From: Candidatus Sulfuricurvum sp. RIFRC-1
GTDB lineage: Bacteria; Campylobacterota; Campylobacteria; Campylobacterales; Sulfurimonadaceae
DNA length: 64,000 nucleotides
Assembly: GCF_000310245.1 (NCBI RefSeq)
Contig: NC_020505.1
Coordinates: 1,016,399-1,080,398, forward strand
Reading direction: 5' to 3'
Under the pieces are notes generated by a model that searched no databases, was not told the DNA's origin, and saw only the letters and a list, made by a program, of their open reading frames with translations. The position numbers and the translations under genes were made by a program. Within the stretch, counting starts at the first letter, position 1. Each line of letters opens with the position of its first letter. This document shows, piece by piece, positions 42,589 through 52,182 of this stretch.

Positions 42589-42706
42589 GTTCAGGTGGCT
42601 ATAGAGAGGGGGAAACGCCCGGTCCCATTCCGAACCCGGAAGCTAAGACCCTCATCGCTCATAATACTGCATCTTTCAGGTGTGGAAACGTAGGTCGCCG
42701 CCTGGC
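42589..42706 (+). rRNA. rrf: 5S ribosomal RNA
   Basis: Terminal helix CAGGTGGC/GCCGCCTG and the conserved CCCATTCCGAACCCGGAAGCTAAG block. Confidence 0.9.
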
Positions 42707-42842
42707 CTCAGATTTTTATCCTTCTTTTCCAACTTCTTTTTTAAACAATCACAATCTCACATTTTTACAATTTCATTTACAAAATACTAGCTTATTATTG
42801 AATAGTTCTATCGTTCAACCAAAATAAGGGTAGTTTAGCAGT

Positions 42843-43505
42843 ATGGATACAGTAACAATAAACGATGCACGACCAAAATGCTACAAATGCTATCGCCCAC
42901 TCACTTCATGTATGTGCTCATACGTAAAACCGATTGAAACACAGACAAAATTTGTGATATTAATGCACCCAAAAGAGTTCAAAAAGACGAAAAACGGTAC
43001 CGGTCATCTGACACATCTCTCTTTAGTAAATTCTGAACTTTACGTTGATATTGATTTTAGCGGGCATAAAGCGATTAATAGTTTGATTGATAACAATAAT
43101 AATCTCTGTTATGTCCTTTATCCAGGAAAAAATAGTATTAATATTAACACTCAAAAAATTGATAGAAGTGGAAAACAGATCGTCATCTTCATTATTGACT
43201 CAACATGGCCCTGTTCCGTTAAAATGCTTCGTCTCAGTCGGAATCTCCAGAACTTGCCTCGTCTCAGTTTTACCCATACCAAAATATCGCAATTTCAGAT
43301 TAAAGAGCAGCCAAAAGAGTTTTGTCTATCCACAATTGAATCAACACAAACAATTTTAGAGCTTTTGAATGATCAAGGATTAGAGGTGCTGGAAGAGGGA
43401 ACTTTGAAGAATTTTATCGATCCGTTTACCTCTATGGTGGCATATCAGATTAAATGTGCAACGAACAATGAATCTAATACGGCACGATTTATAAAGCGAG
43501 ATTAG
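42843..43505 (+). CDS. DTW-domain protein (tRNA-uridine aminocarboxypropyltransferase family)
   Basis: 220 aa with an N-terminal Cys cluster (CYKCYRPLTSCMCS) and a DSTW motif (IIDSTWPC). Confidence 0.7.
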   Translation: MDTVTINDARPKCYKCYRPLTSCMCSYVKPIETQTKFVILMHPKEFKKTKNGTGHLTHLSLVNSELYVDIDFSGHKAINSLIDNNNNLCYVLYPGKNSININTQKIDRSGKQIVIFIIDSTWPCSVKMLRLSRNLQNLPRLSFTHTKISQFQIKEQPKEFCLSTIESTQTILELLNDQGLEVLEEGTLKNFIDPFTSMVAYQIKCATNNESNTARFIKRD

Positions 43506-44485
43506 TTATATCTCTTTGCAAAATGGGCTGCACCCAAAAGGGCTGTTTCCGGATTTAGAGAAACCTTGACTGATATATTTCGAAGCATCGGTTCAAAACG
43601 ACCTTTTGCAACAAAGGCATTGATAAATGCATCGCTTTGTAAAAAAGGTAAAATTTTAGGTGCAATTCCTCCACCGATATAAACTCCTCCCAATGACATT
43701 GTTTTAAGTGCCAAATTCCCTGTCTCAGCACCGTAAATTTCACAAAATAGCCTCAGTGTTTCGATACAGAGCGGATCGTGAAACTCTAAGGCATTTTTGC
43801 TGATATGTCCATTTTTATCCTCTTTTTCACTGAGATTTTTCATCCGGTCCGATTCGGGTGCAAAACCGCTTTCATGTAAAAAATCATACAGTGCCGAAAT
43901 CCCTGGACCCGATAGTATCCTCTCCAAACTAACGTGTTTCGGATAATGCTGACGCAGCCATAGCAAAAGAGCATCTTGTTGTTCATTTAAAGGGGCAAAG
44001 TCACAATGCCCACCCTCAGAGGCAATCGGATGATACGATGTGCCATCATAATAGAGCATTGACTCTCCTAATCCGGTTCCTGCTGCGATTACCGCGCAAT
44101 TTCCTTTTGCATAAACAGCGTTTGGATTCAAATCAATAAATTCATCTTTATCTAAACAGAGCATGCCATACGCCGTCGCTTCAAGATCGTTAAGGAGAAA
44201 AACTTGCGTAATGCTGAGGAGCTCTTTTAGCTCATGTGCTGATATTTCCCAAGGCAGATTGGTTGTACGACACCGTTGCTCGATGATGGGACCGGCAATT
44301 GCGAAAGATGCCGAGGTGATCAGTATATCGACATACATCTGTCTGAAGTCATGAAGTATATCGCCCAATCTCTCATACTTTCGGCTTTCAAATTGATGCT
44401 GAAAAAGTATCTTCAGTCTATCACCCTCTCTTTCAAAGAGTGCTAGAGATGTTTTAGTTCCACCAATATCACCTGCAAGGATCAT
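43502..44485 (-). CDS. glk: Glucokinase
   Basis: 327 aa with the N-terminal motif ILAGDIGGTKT and a ROK-less Glk-type fold. It is divergent from the glucan operon. Confidence 0.85.
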   Translation of the reverse strand: MILAGDIGGTKTSLALFEREGDRLKILFQHQFESRKYERLGDILHDFRQMYVDILITSASFAIAGPIIEQRCRTTNLPWEISAHELKELLSITQVFLLNDLEATAYGMLCLDKDEFIDLNPNAVYAKGNCAVIAAGTGLGESMLYYDGTSYHPIASEGGHCDFAPLNEQQDALLLWLRQHYPKHVSLERILSGPGISALYDFLHESGFAPESDRMKNLSEKEDKNGHISKNALEFHDPLCIETLRLFCEIYGAETGNLALKTMSLGGVYIGGGIAPKILPFLQSDAFINAFVAKGRFEPMLRNISVKVSLNPETALLGAAHFAKRYN

Positions 44486-44604
44486 TATGTTTCCTTTATG
44501 GTGTAAATTATGGGTTAAATTGTATCGTGTTCTTCCTAAGATTCTATCCAGTAACTATATGTCACCAAATGGATTCAAATAATGCTATGATTAACCTCTA
44601 AGAT

Positions 44605-44610
44605 TATAAT
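44605..44610 (+). promoter_or_regulatory. Candidate -10 box (TATAAT) for the alpha-glucan operon
   Basis: A perfect TATAAT 31 nt upstream of the ATG at 44642. It is embedded in the second copy of a CTAAGATT direct repeat (44536-44543 and 44598-44605). No clear -35 element. Confidence 0.3.
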
Positions 44611-44641
44611 TATGTATTAATATGAAGAGAAAAGGAGCTCA

Positions 44642-47149
44642 ATGAAAGCTGTGGTTATGGCCGGTGGTTTTGGAACACGAATACAGCCGCTTACAAATTC
44701 TATCCCTAAGCCAATGTTACCGATTATGAATCGACCAATGATGGAACATACGATTGTAAGTCTCCGTGATTTAGGCATTAGCGAATTTATTATCCTCCTT
44801 TATTTTAAACCTGACGTGATCAAAGAATATTTTAAAGACGGCAGTGCATGGGGGATCAAGATTACTTATGTTGTTCCTGACGATGATTATGGAACAGCCG
44901 GAGCGGTCAAAAAAGCTCAAGAGTATATCGGGGATGAAAATTTCATTATTATCAGTGGTGATTTGGTAACCGATTTCGATTTTCAACAAATTTTTGATTA
45001 TCATAAAGCGAAACAATCCCGATTAACCATCACACTTACCTCGGTAGAAAATCCTCTCGAATTCGGTGTCGTTATTGCCAATGAAGAGGGGAAAATAGAG
45101 AAGTTTCTCGAAAAACCAAGCTGGGGCGAAGTGTTTAGTGACACGATCAATACCGGAATCTATATTATTGAGCCGGAGATTTTGGAGTATATTCCTAAGA
45201 ATGAGAATTTTGATTTTGCCAAAGATCTTTTTCCACTTTTAATGCGACAGGGGATTGATTTGATGGCGGGATACGCTCAGGGGTACTGGCGTGATGTTGG
45301 AAATCCTGAGAGTTACCGTGATGTGTATGAAGATATTTTGGCGGGAAAAATTAAATTTAACATAGGTGGCGAAGCAGTTAAATATCCTGATGGTGTATTG
45401 ATTTGTGAAGAAGACAATACCCTCGATGAAAGTGTCGAGGTGGTCGGAATTGTTCTCATCGGTAAAGAGGTAACGGTTAAAAAAGGCTCAAAACTCACTA
45501 ACGTCGTAATCGGAAACAATGTTACGATCGGGAGTGCTTCGAAAGTAGCCAATACGGTTATCTGGGACGATGTTGAGATCGGTAAAAATGCCAAACTTGA
45601 TGGATGCGTTATCTGCTGTAACAACCATATCGGTAAAAATGTAACCGCCAAATCGGGATTGATTTTAGCGCAAGGGTGCGAGATCGGTGAACTCGTAACC
45701 ATTGAAAAAGATGTTACGATCTGGCCGAATAAAGTGATTGAGGATGCCGCAATCGTTAGCCGAAGTGTGATTTTGGGGAGTAAATACAAAAACTCTATTT
45801 TTGAAGACGGGATGGTTATCGGTAAATCAAACGTCGAACTTTCCTGCGAAATGGCCACAAAACTCGCTGAGGCATTCGGTGCACAGCTGCCGGTTGGATC
45901 TACTGTATTGGTTTCCCGCCATTATGATAAAAGCTCTCGCATGTTAAAACGGGCATTTTTAGGAGGGCTCCTCTCTGCCGGAGTCGATGTCGTTGATTGC
46001 AACGCGATCCCTTCATCGGTCATGCGTTGCAGTCTTTCGTTTCATGATAACTATACCGCAGGGGTACATTTTCATCAAAAAATTGATGATCCAACCAGTA
46101 CGGTCATTACCTTTTACAATAATGAAGCACTTCGAATCAACAACGATGTTGCCAAAAAAGTGGAAAAAGCCTTTTTTAAAGAGACGTATCGACGGGTTGA
46201 TTATTCGCAAATCGGGCAGATCTATCCTCTCGATCACAAACGAGAATACAGCGAATATAAAAAAGGGATGGAATCAATCTTACATTCCCATCGGTTTAAA
46301 TGTCTCGATTGTCGTATAGCGGTTGATTTGACACATGGATTGGCTTCCGAAGTGTTCCCGGACATTTTGAACGATTTAGGTGTCGAACATATTATGTTTA
46401 ACGCTTATGCGGATGAACATCGTCTCTCGAATATCAATACGTTGATTAAACGCTCCCATGAAGATATGGGCGCTGTCATTCAAGCGCTTAAACTGGATGC
46501 CGGTTTTATCCTCTATCCTCACGGGCAAAGACTTGATATTATTTGCGATGAAGGAAAGCCTCTTACCAAGCAAAGTGCCTTGTATGTGGTATTGACGCTA
46601 CTCAATATGGATGCAAAAGCACATGGATCGAAAAAAAGAGTTTTCTTGCCGACATGGGCAGCGGATATTGTCTATTTTGACCACCTCGAAATAGAGCGAG
46701 GTCAATACGCTAATTTTAAATCCGCCAAAATGAAAACGTATGATTTGGTCGCAACGGGAGAGGGAAATTTTACTTTTACCGAGTTTGCAACCCATCGAGA
46801 CTCGATGTATTCCACCCTCAAAATACTGGAGATGATCGTGACGCACGGAGTAAAACTCTCTGAAATTATCGATTCTCTACCGCACTTTTTCTATGTAACG
46901 ATTCAGGTTCCCTGCACCCAAGCTCTGAAAGGTAAAATGATGCGAAGATTCCTCGGTGATGCGAAGGGGAAAGAGTCTTCAACTCTCGATGGTGTGAAAA
47001 TCTGGCTTGACAAAGATGATTGGGTATTGATGATTCCTGATCAATACGGCGATTTTTTAAATCTCACGATTCAAGCCAAAAACGATGAGAAAGGGGAACA
47101 TTACACTCAGCTTTATAAGGCAAAAATCGAGGAATGGGCCAAATCCTGA
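44642..47149 (+). CDS. Fusion protein: NDP-sugar pyrophosphorylase, hexapeptide-repeat domain and PGM/PMM-like domain
   Basis: 835 aa. The N-terminus (MAGGFGTRIQPLTNSIPKPMLPI) is a nucleotidyltransferase motif. Hexapeptide-repeat region spans roughly residues 250-390. The C-terminal 440 aa or so align with the phosphohexomutase architecture but lack its catalytic motifs. Confidence 0.8.
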   Translation: MKAVVMAGGFGTRIQPLTNSIPKPMLPIMNRPMMEHTIVSLRDLGISEFIILLYFKPDVIKEYFKDGSAWGIKITYVVPDDDYGTAGAVKKAQEYIGDENFIIISGDLVTDFDFQQIFDYHKAKQSRLTITLTSVENPLEFGVVIANEEGKIEKFLEKPSWGEVFSDTINTGIYIIEPEILEYIPKNENFDFAKDLFPLLMRQGIDLMAGYAQGYWRDVGNPESYRDVYEDILAGKIKFNIGGEAVKYPDGVLICEEDNTLDESVEVVGIVLIGKEVTVKKGSKLTNVVIGNNVTIGSASKVANTVIWDDVEIGKNAKLDGCVICCNNHIGKNVTAKSGLILAQGCEIGELVTIEKDVTIWPNKVIEDAAIVSRSVILGSKYKNSIFEDGMVIGKSNVELSCEMATKLAEAFGAQLPVGSTVLVSRHYDKSSRMLKRAFLGGLLSAGVDVVDCNAIPSSVMRCSLSFHDNYTAGVHFHQKIDDPTSTVITFYNNEALRINNDVAKKVEKAFFKETYRRVDYSQIGQIYPLDHKREYSEYKKGMESILHSHRFKCLDCRIAVDLTHGLASEVFPDILNDLGVEHIMFNAYADEHRLSNINTLIKRSHEDMGAVIQALKLDAGFILYPHGQRLDIICDEGKPLTKQSALYVVLTLLNMDAKAHGSKKRVFLPTWAADIVYFDHLEIERGQYANFKSAKMKTYDLVATGEGNFTFTEFATHRDSMYSTLKILEMIVTHGVKLSEIIDSLPHFFYVTIQVPCTQALKGKMMRRFLGDAKGKESSTLDGVKIWLDKDDWVLMIPDQYGDFLNLTIQAKNDEKGEHYTQLYKAKIEEWAKS

Positions 47150-49146
47150 TGAAAAAATCATCCTTGAATCTCTCATTTTTCTGGCATATGCACCAGCCTG
47201 ATTATCGGGGAAGTGATGGGGTGATGAGGATGCCGTGGGTTTTTTTGCATGCCATCAAAGATTATTATGAAATGCCATGGCTGTTGAGCGAATATCCTGG
47301 GCTCAAAGCAACGTTTAATCTCAGCGCATCGTTGATTGAGCAGCTTCATCTTTATGGTGAACCGCTGAAATTTGATTATTTTTTATCTCTTTGGTCTCTC
47401 TATCCCTCAAATTTGGAGGAGTCGCAGCGTAAATGGGTCATTAAGCTCATTACCGCTATGCAGTTTGAAACGATGGTTCGTCCGATAGAACGGTATGCTG
47501 AGCTTTATTATCGTGATTCGTTTAGTGATGACGAACTGATTGATTTGGAAGTGGTTTTTATCCTTGCATGGTGCGGAAACTATCTGCGACAGCATAACGA
47601 AGAAGTCAAAAGGCTGTTGGAACAAAAACGAGGATTTTCGCAACACGATAAAGAGACGTTATTGGAATCACTCTCTACATTTATCGCTGAGATTCTTCCG
47701 CTTTACGCTTCCCTTCAATCTCAGGGAATTGTATCGGTTTCAACGACCCCTTATTTTCATCCGATCCTCCCTCTGCTGGTCGATATGCAAAATGCTAAAA
47801 GAGCGAATGAAACGACCGTATTGCCTGAAGGGGGCTATTCGCTTCAAGAAGATGCATACGAACATGTACGACTCTCGATTGATTTATATGAGAGAACTTT
47901 TGGGCGCAAACCGAGCGGTTTTTGGCCGGCAGAGGGGGCGGTGGATGAAAAAAGTGTCGAAATTTATAAAGAAGAGGGAATAAAGTGGATTGCCACCGAT
48001 GAAGCAATTCTGTATCGATCGCTCCAAAACGACGATCCCGCTTTGCGCTATAAATCCTATCGTTTCAATGACGTCTTAATCGGGTTTCGTGATCATGCTC
48101 TGAGTGATCTGATCGGGTTTGAGTATCGTCATCGAAGCGGAAAGAATGCGAGCCGTCATTTTATGGGTGAACTCGAAACCATTGCGCTTAATCATGATAA
48201 TCCGAATGTTTTTGTCATTGTTGATGGAGAAAATGCGTGGGAGTTTTACCCCAACAACGGATTCGATTTTTTTCAGGGGCTTTATGGAGCATTGCGCGAT
48301 ACTGCATGGTGTCATACCCTGACCATGGACGAGATATCAATGCAGAGCGGGACTTCTGCTTTGGAATATCTTCATCCGGGTACATGGATACACGGAACTT
48401 TTGATACATGGGTTGGACATCGTGAAAAAAATCGGGCATGGGAATTGATTTTTCAGACCCGTCGTGAGTTCGAGAGATATAAAGACGGGTTAAGTGATGA
48501 GGTCAAAAAACAGATAAAGTACCATCTTTTAGCTTCAGAATGCAGTGATTGGTTTTGGTGGTACGGTGAGGATCACAATACCAATTTTGCACATGAATTT
48601 GATACCCTTTTTCGCACACATCTGATCGATATTTACAAACTTTTGGGGCTCTCGGTTCCTGAGACTCTTTTGATCCCTATTATTTCCTCGGAATCCGAAA
48701 AATCCGCATGGATTAAACCGTGCAATATGATCTCGCCACAGCTAAACGGAGAGAAACGTACTTTTTTTGATTGGATGGGATGCGGGTATGTGGATGAGCA
48801 GAAAATATTTGGAACGATGGAGCGCTCACGCGGACCGATTAATACGCTGTTCTATGGATTTGATGCTGAAAATTTATACGTTGCCTTTGAGGGAAATATT
48901 GAGGGGTTAGAAGATATTTCGATTGAGATATTGATTGAAGAGAGTGAAAAATCGCTCAATCTCAAACCGCATAGCTTTGAAAATCGGCTTGAATTTTCTT
49001 TTTCTCGAAATCATTTTTTATCGAATGGGAGTGTGCATGTCCGTTTTAAACTTAAAAGCGGAGTCAAAACACTCCAATCGTTGCCGGGATTCGGGTCATT
49101 AAAAGTTGATTTGACAGAAGATTTTACTAGTGACTGGTATATATAG
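47149..49146 (+). CDS. Glycoside hydrolase family 57 protein (amylopullulanase-like subgroup)
   Basis: WHMHQP (region 1), GFWPAEGAV (nucleophile Glu region), VDGENAWEF (acid/base Asp region) and SECSDWFWWYG. ATGA overlap with the upstream gene. Confidence 0.8.
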   Translation: MKKSSLNLSFFWHMHQPDYRGSDGVMRMPWVFLHAIKDYYEMPWLLSEYPGLKATFNLSASLIEQLHLYGEPLKFDYFLSLWSLYPSNLEESQRKWVIKLITAMQFETMVRPIERYAELYYRDSFSDDELIDLEVVFILAWCGNYLRQHNEEVKRLLEQKRGFSQHDKETLLESLSTFIAEILPLYASLQSQGIVSVSTTPYFHPILPLLVDMQNAKRANETTVLPEGGYSLQEDAYEHVRLSIDLYERTFGRKPSGFWPAEGAVDEKSVEIYKEEGIKWIATDEAILYRSLQNDDPALRYKSYRFNDVLIGFRDHALSDLIGFEYRHRSGKNASRHFMGELETIALNHDNPNVFVIVDGENAWEFYPNNGFDFFQGLYGALRDTAWCHTLTMDEISMQSGTSALEYLHPGTWIHGTFDTWVGHREKNRAWELIFQTRREFERYKDGLSDEVKKQIKYHLLASECSDWFWWYGEDHNTNFAHEFDTLFRTHLIDIYKLLGLSVPETLLIPIISSESEKSAWIKPCNMISPQLNGEKRTFFDWMGCGYVDEQKIFGTMERSRGPINTLFYGFDAENLYVAFEGNIEGLEDISIEILIEESEKSLNLKPHSFENRLEFSFSRNHFLSNGSVHVRFKLKSGVKTLQSLPGFGSLKVDLTEDFTSDWYI

Positions 49147-49154
49147 GAGAGGGT

Positions 49155-51185
49155 ATGAAAACATCACTATTACTGGGAATCCACATGCATCAACCGGTGG
49201 ATAATTTTGAATGGGTTATCGAGATGGGGATAGAAACCTGTTACGAGCCTTTTTTCGAGGTTATGAGCCGTTATCCAGAGTTTAAATTTTCCGTCCATTG
49301 CAGTGGTTGGCTTATGGAAAGAATCGCTCAGCTGCGCCCCTCATTGTATGAAAAAATCCTCACTTTAGCTCACAATGGAAGCATTGAGTTTTTCAGTGCA
49401 GGGTATTATGAACCTATTTTGAGTGTTATCCCTTCTCGAGATCGCTTAGCGCAGATAGAGCGGCTGAATGAGTCGATTAAAGAGCAGTTTAATCAAACAC
49501 CCAAAGGGCTCTGGCTCACGGAGCGGGTGTGGGAATCCGCACTGATTCCAGATCTAAATCGTGCAGGTATCAAATACACGGTGATGGACGATTACCATTT
49601 TCAATGTGCCGGATTCGATCGTGAGGGGTTAGATGGGTATTACATGAGCGAAGAGGGAGGTGAACCGATGGGATTATTCCCGATAAGTCAAAAACTCCGC
49701 TATGCTATACCTTTTATCAATGTTGAGAGTGCTATACAAGCCATTAAAACGTATAACCGCCAACAAGATTCGGCAGCGATTATCTTCGATGATGCCGAAA
49801 AATTCGGTATGTGGCCGGGAACGTATGAATGGGTCTATAAAAAAGGGTGGTTGGAGAAGTTCATTCAAGCGGTTTTAGCCGATGATGAGATCGAAACCAG
49901 CCATTACGGTGAGTACTTTACATCCCATCATTCGCGCGGGATTGCCTATTTGCCAAATGTTTCGTATTATGAGATGGGAGAATGGAGCCTCCGAGCCGAT
50001 GATGCTTTGGCTCTGGAAGCGTTGAAAGAGGAGATGGGGCTGGAACGGTATGAACGTGAAGGGGTAAAATTTCTCAAAGGGGGAATTTGGAAGAATTTTT
50101 TTGTCAAATACCCCGAGAGTAACCGTTTACATAAACGGATGGTTGAACTTTCCCGTGCCTATCAGAACGGCGAGGGAGACTTTGAAACACCGCTGTATAA
50201 ACTCCAAACCAACGATTCTCTCTGGCATGGGGTATTCGGAGGTCTCTATCTGCCGAATTTACGGGACAACAGCTATCGTTATTTGATCGAGTGTGAAAAT
50301 ATCCGCTACGGTAAGAAAAAGGCATTGGTATGTGATGAGAATGAACTTGACGGCTATCCTAAATACAAATCGGTCAGCGCAAAACTGATTGCCCGTTTTG
50401 ATGCGGCGTATGGAGCCCAGCTGGTGGAACTCGATATTCGGGATAAGTGTTTTAATTATCAAAATACTCTGACCCGGCGTAAAGAGGCCTATCACAAAAG
50501 GTTGTTTGAAGTAGCGGGTGATAAAGCTGCACCTATTGAAGAGGGGATTGATACGATTCACCATGCAAGCGGTTCGTTTGATGATACGCTTCGTGATGCG
50601 ATTATTTATGATTGGTATTTGAAAAATTCGTTTATTGACCACATCAGCGATGAAAATTTTAATACTGAAGCGTTTCGCCATTGTAATTTTCATGAATACG
50701 GCGATTTCGCCAACCAGCCCTTTGAATCGTCTTTGAGTAAAATATCCATTGCATTTAGCCGTGATGGGGGGATCTTTCGAGGGAAAAAAGGGAATACAAA
50801 ACTTTTAAAGAATTTCTCGTTCGCTTCTGAAACAATTGATTTTAGACTGCATTTGGAGAGTGAAGCAACCGGCGGATTCACCTATGTGATGGAGCATAAT
50901 TTCCATTTCTCTGATTATGAACATCTTCTGATCAACGGTGCATCTCTCCAAGCATCCGGGGAGATTGAGGAGATTCAAAATTTTGAGATTATTGACACGG
51001 TATTAAAGAAAAAAATCACTTTTCGTATGGATAAAGTGTTTCGTGCGCACTATTTCAAGCTTCAAACCCTTTCTCAAAGTGAACAGGGATTTGATTTGAG
51101 TATTCAAGCTCTTAGTATTGCGTTTGTTTTTGATTTTGAGAGCTCTCTCAGCCTTGAAGGCAGTTTGGAGATTACGCGTGTCTGA
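49155..51185 (+). CDS. Glycoside hydrolase family 57 protein (4-alpha-glucanotransferase/alpha-amylase-like with DUF1925/1926-type C-terminus)
   Basis: IHMHQP, GLWLTERVWE, FDDAEKFGMWPG and TNDSLWHGVFGG motifs. 676 aa. Confidence 0.85.
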   Translation: MKTSLLLGIHMHQPVDNFEWVIEMGIETCYEPFFEVMSRYPEFKFSVHCSGWLMERIAQLRPSLYEKILTLAHNGSIEFFSAGYYEPILSVIPSRDRLAQIERLNESIKEQFNQTPKGLWLTERVWESALIPDLNRAGIKYTVMDDYHFQCAGFDREGLDGYYMSEEGGEPMGLFPISQKLRYAIPFINVESAIQAIKTYNRQQDSAAIIFDDAEKFGMWPGTYEWVYKKGWLEKFIQAVLADDEIETSHYGEYFTSHHSRGIAYLPNVSYYEMGEWSLRADDALALEALKEEMGLERYEREGVKFLKGGIWKNFFVKYPESNRLHKRMVELSRAYQNGEGDFETPLYKLQTNDSLWHGVFGGLYLPNLRDNSYRYLIECENIRYGKKKALVCDENELDGYPKYKSVSAKLIARFDAAYGAQLVELDIRDKCFNYQNTLTRRKEAYHKRLFEVAGDKAAPIEEGIDTIHHASGSFDDTLRDAIIYDWYLKNSFIDHISDENFNTEAFRHCNFHEYGDFANQPFESSLSKISIAFSRDGGIFRGKKGNTKLLKNFSFASETIDFRLHLESEATGGFTYVMEHNFHFSDYEHLLINGASLQASGEIEEIQNFEIIDTVLKKKITFRMDKVFRAHYFKLQTLSQSEQGFDLSIQALSIAFVFDFESSLSLEGSLEITRV

Positions 51186-52182
51186 AATCCGTTATGACTC
51201 TTTGAATGATACGCATGTTCTGATTGCGCAAGAGCGGCTTCATCGACCCGATTTTTCCCCGAACAAAGAGGAAAATAGTTCGGGTAAAGGATGTCCGTTT
51301 TGTGAGGGGAATGAAGCGATGACCCCCAAAGAGATTTTTGCCATTCGTCCAGCGGAGACGTTTGCGAACCAAAAGGGATGGCAGACCCGTGTTGTTCCAA
51401 ATCTCTACAAAGCTTTAGCGATAGAAGCACCTCATCAACTCCATAAGGGTAGTTTTGAGTACTGGGACGGTTTTGGTGCCCATGAAGTGATTATCGACAC
51501 TCCGTTGCATCATACCTCTATGTCCCAATGGAGCCATGAGGAGATGGTCGTATGGTTTAAAACGCTTCGCCAAAGGGTTGAAGATTTGCGCCGCGATCAT
51601 CGGATCACTTTTATTTCACTGTTTAAGAATGAAGGATTCGATGCGGGTGCGACCATGGCACATTGTCATACACAGCTGATCGCTTTGCCTTTTATCCCTA
51701 AAAAACAGCGAGAGATGAATAGAATATGCCACGAGTATTTCGAGAAGCATCATAAAGCATTAATGGAATCCATTCTTCAGGATGAAGAATTTCATAGGAT
51801 TAGAATGATAGAATCCTGTGGAGAATTTAGTGCATTTTGTCCGTATGCGAGCGGGTTTGCGTTCGAAGTGATGATCAGTTCTAAAAAATGTATCGGACAG
51901 ATCGATACGCTCAGCGATGAATCTATCCTTCAGCTTTCGACACTTCTTATTTCCGTCATTCAGAAGATGCACTCACAGCTTGGAGAATTTGCCTTTAATC
52001 TGTCGGTTTCGACCCCCCCTTTAGGTGAAGATATCGGTGATTGTGAAAGCCAGCGTTTAATGATTCGAATACTTCCTCGTATTTATCGATTCGGCGGGTT
52101 TGAAGTGAGTTCGGAGATAATGATCAATCCGGTGGAACCGGAGTTGGCTGCTAAACTTTTACGAGGAGAAAAACATGGTTAA
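51178..52182 (+). CDS. galT: GalT-like HIT-family hexose-1-phosphate nucleotidyltransferase/phosphorylase
   Basis: Zn motif CPFCEGNE and active-site motif HCHTQ (H-x-H-x-Q). GTG start at 51178 overlaps the upstream stop by 8 nt. Confidence 0.8.
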   Translation: MSEIRYDSLNDTHVLIAQERLHRPDFSPNKEENSSGKGCPFCEGNEAMTPKEIFAIRPAETFANQKGWQTRVVPNLYKALAIEAPHQLHKGSFEYWDGFGAHEVIIDTPLHHTSMSQWSHEEMVVWFKTLRQRVEDLRRDHRITFISLFKNEGFDAGATMAHCHTQLIALPFIPKKQREMNRICHEYFEKHHKALMESILQDEEFHRIRMIESCGEFSAFCPYASGFAFEVMISSKKCIGQIDTLSDESILQLSTLLISVIQKMHSQLGEFAFNLSVSTPPLGEDIGDCESQRLMIRILPRIYRFGGFEVSSEIMINPVEPELAAKLLRGEKHG

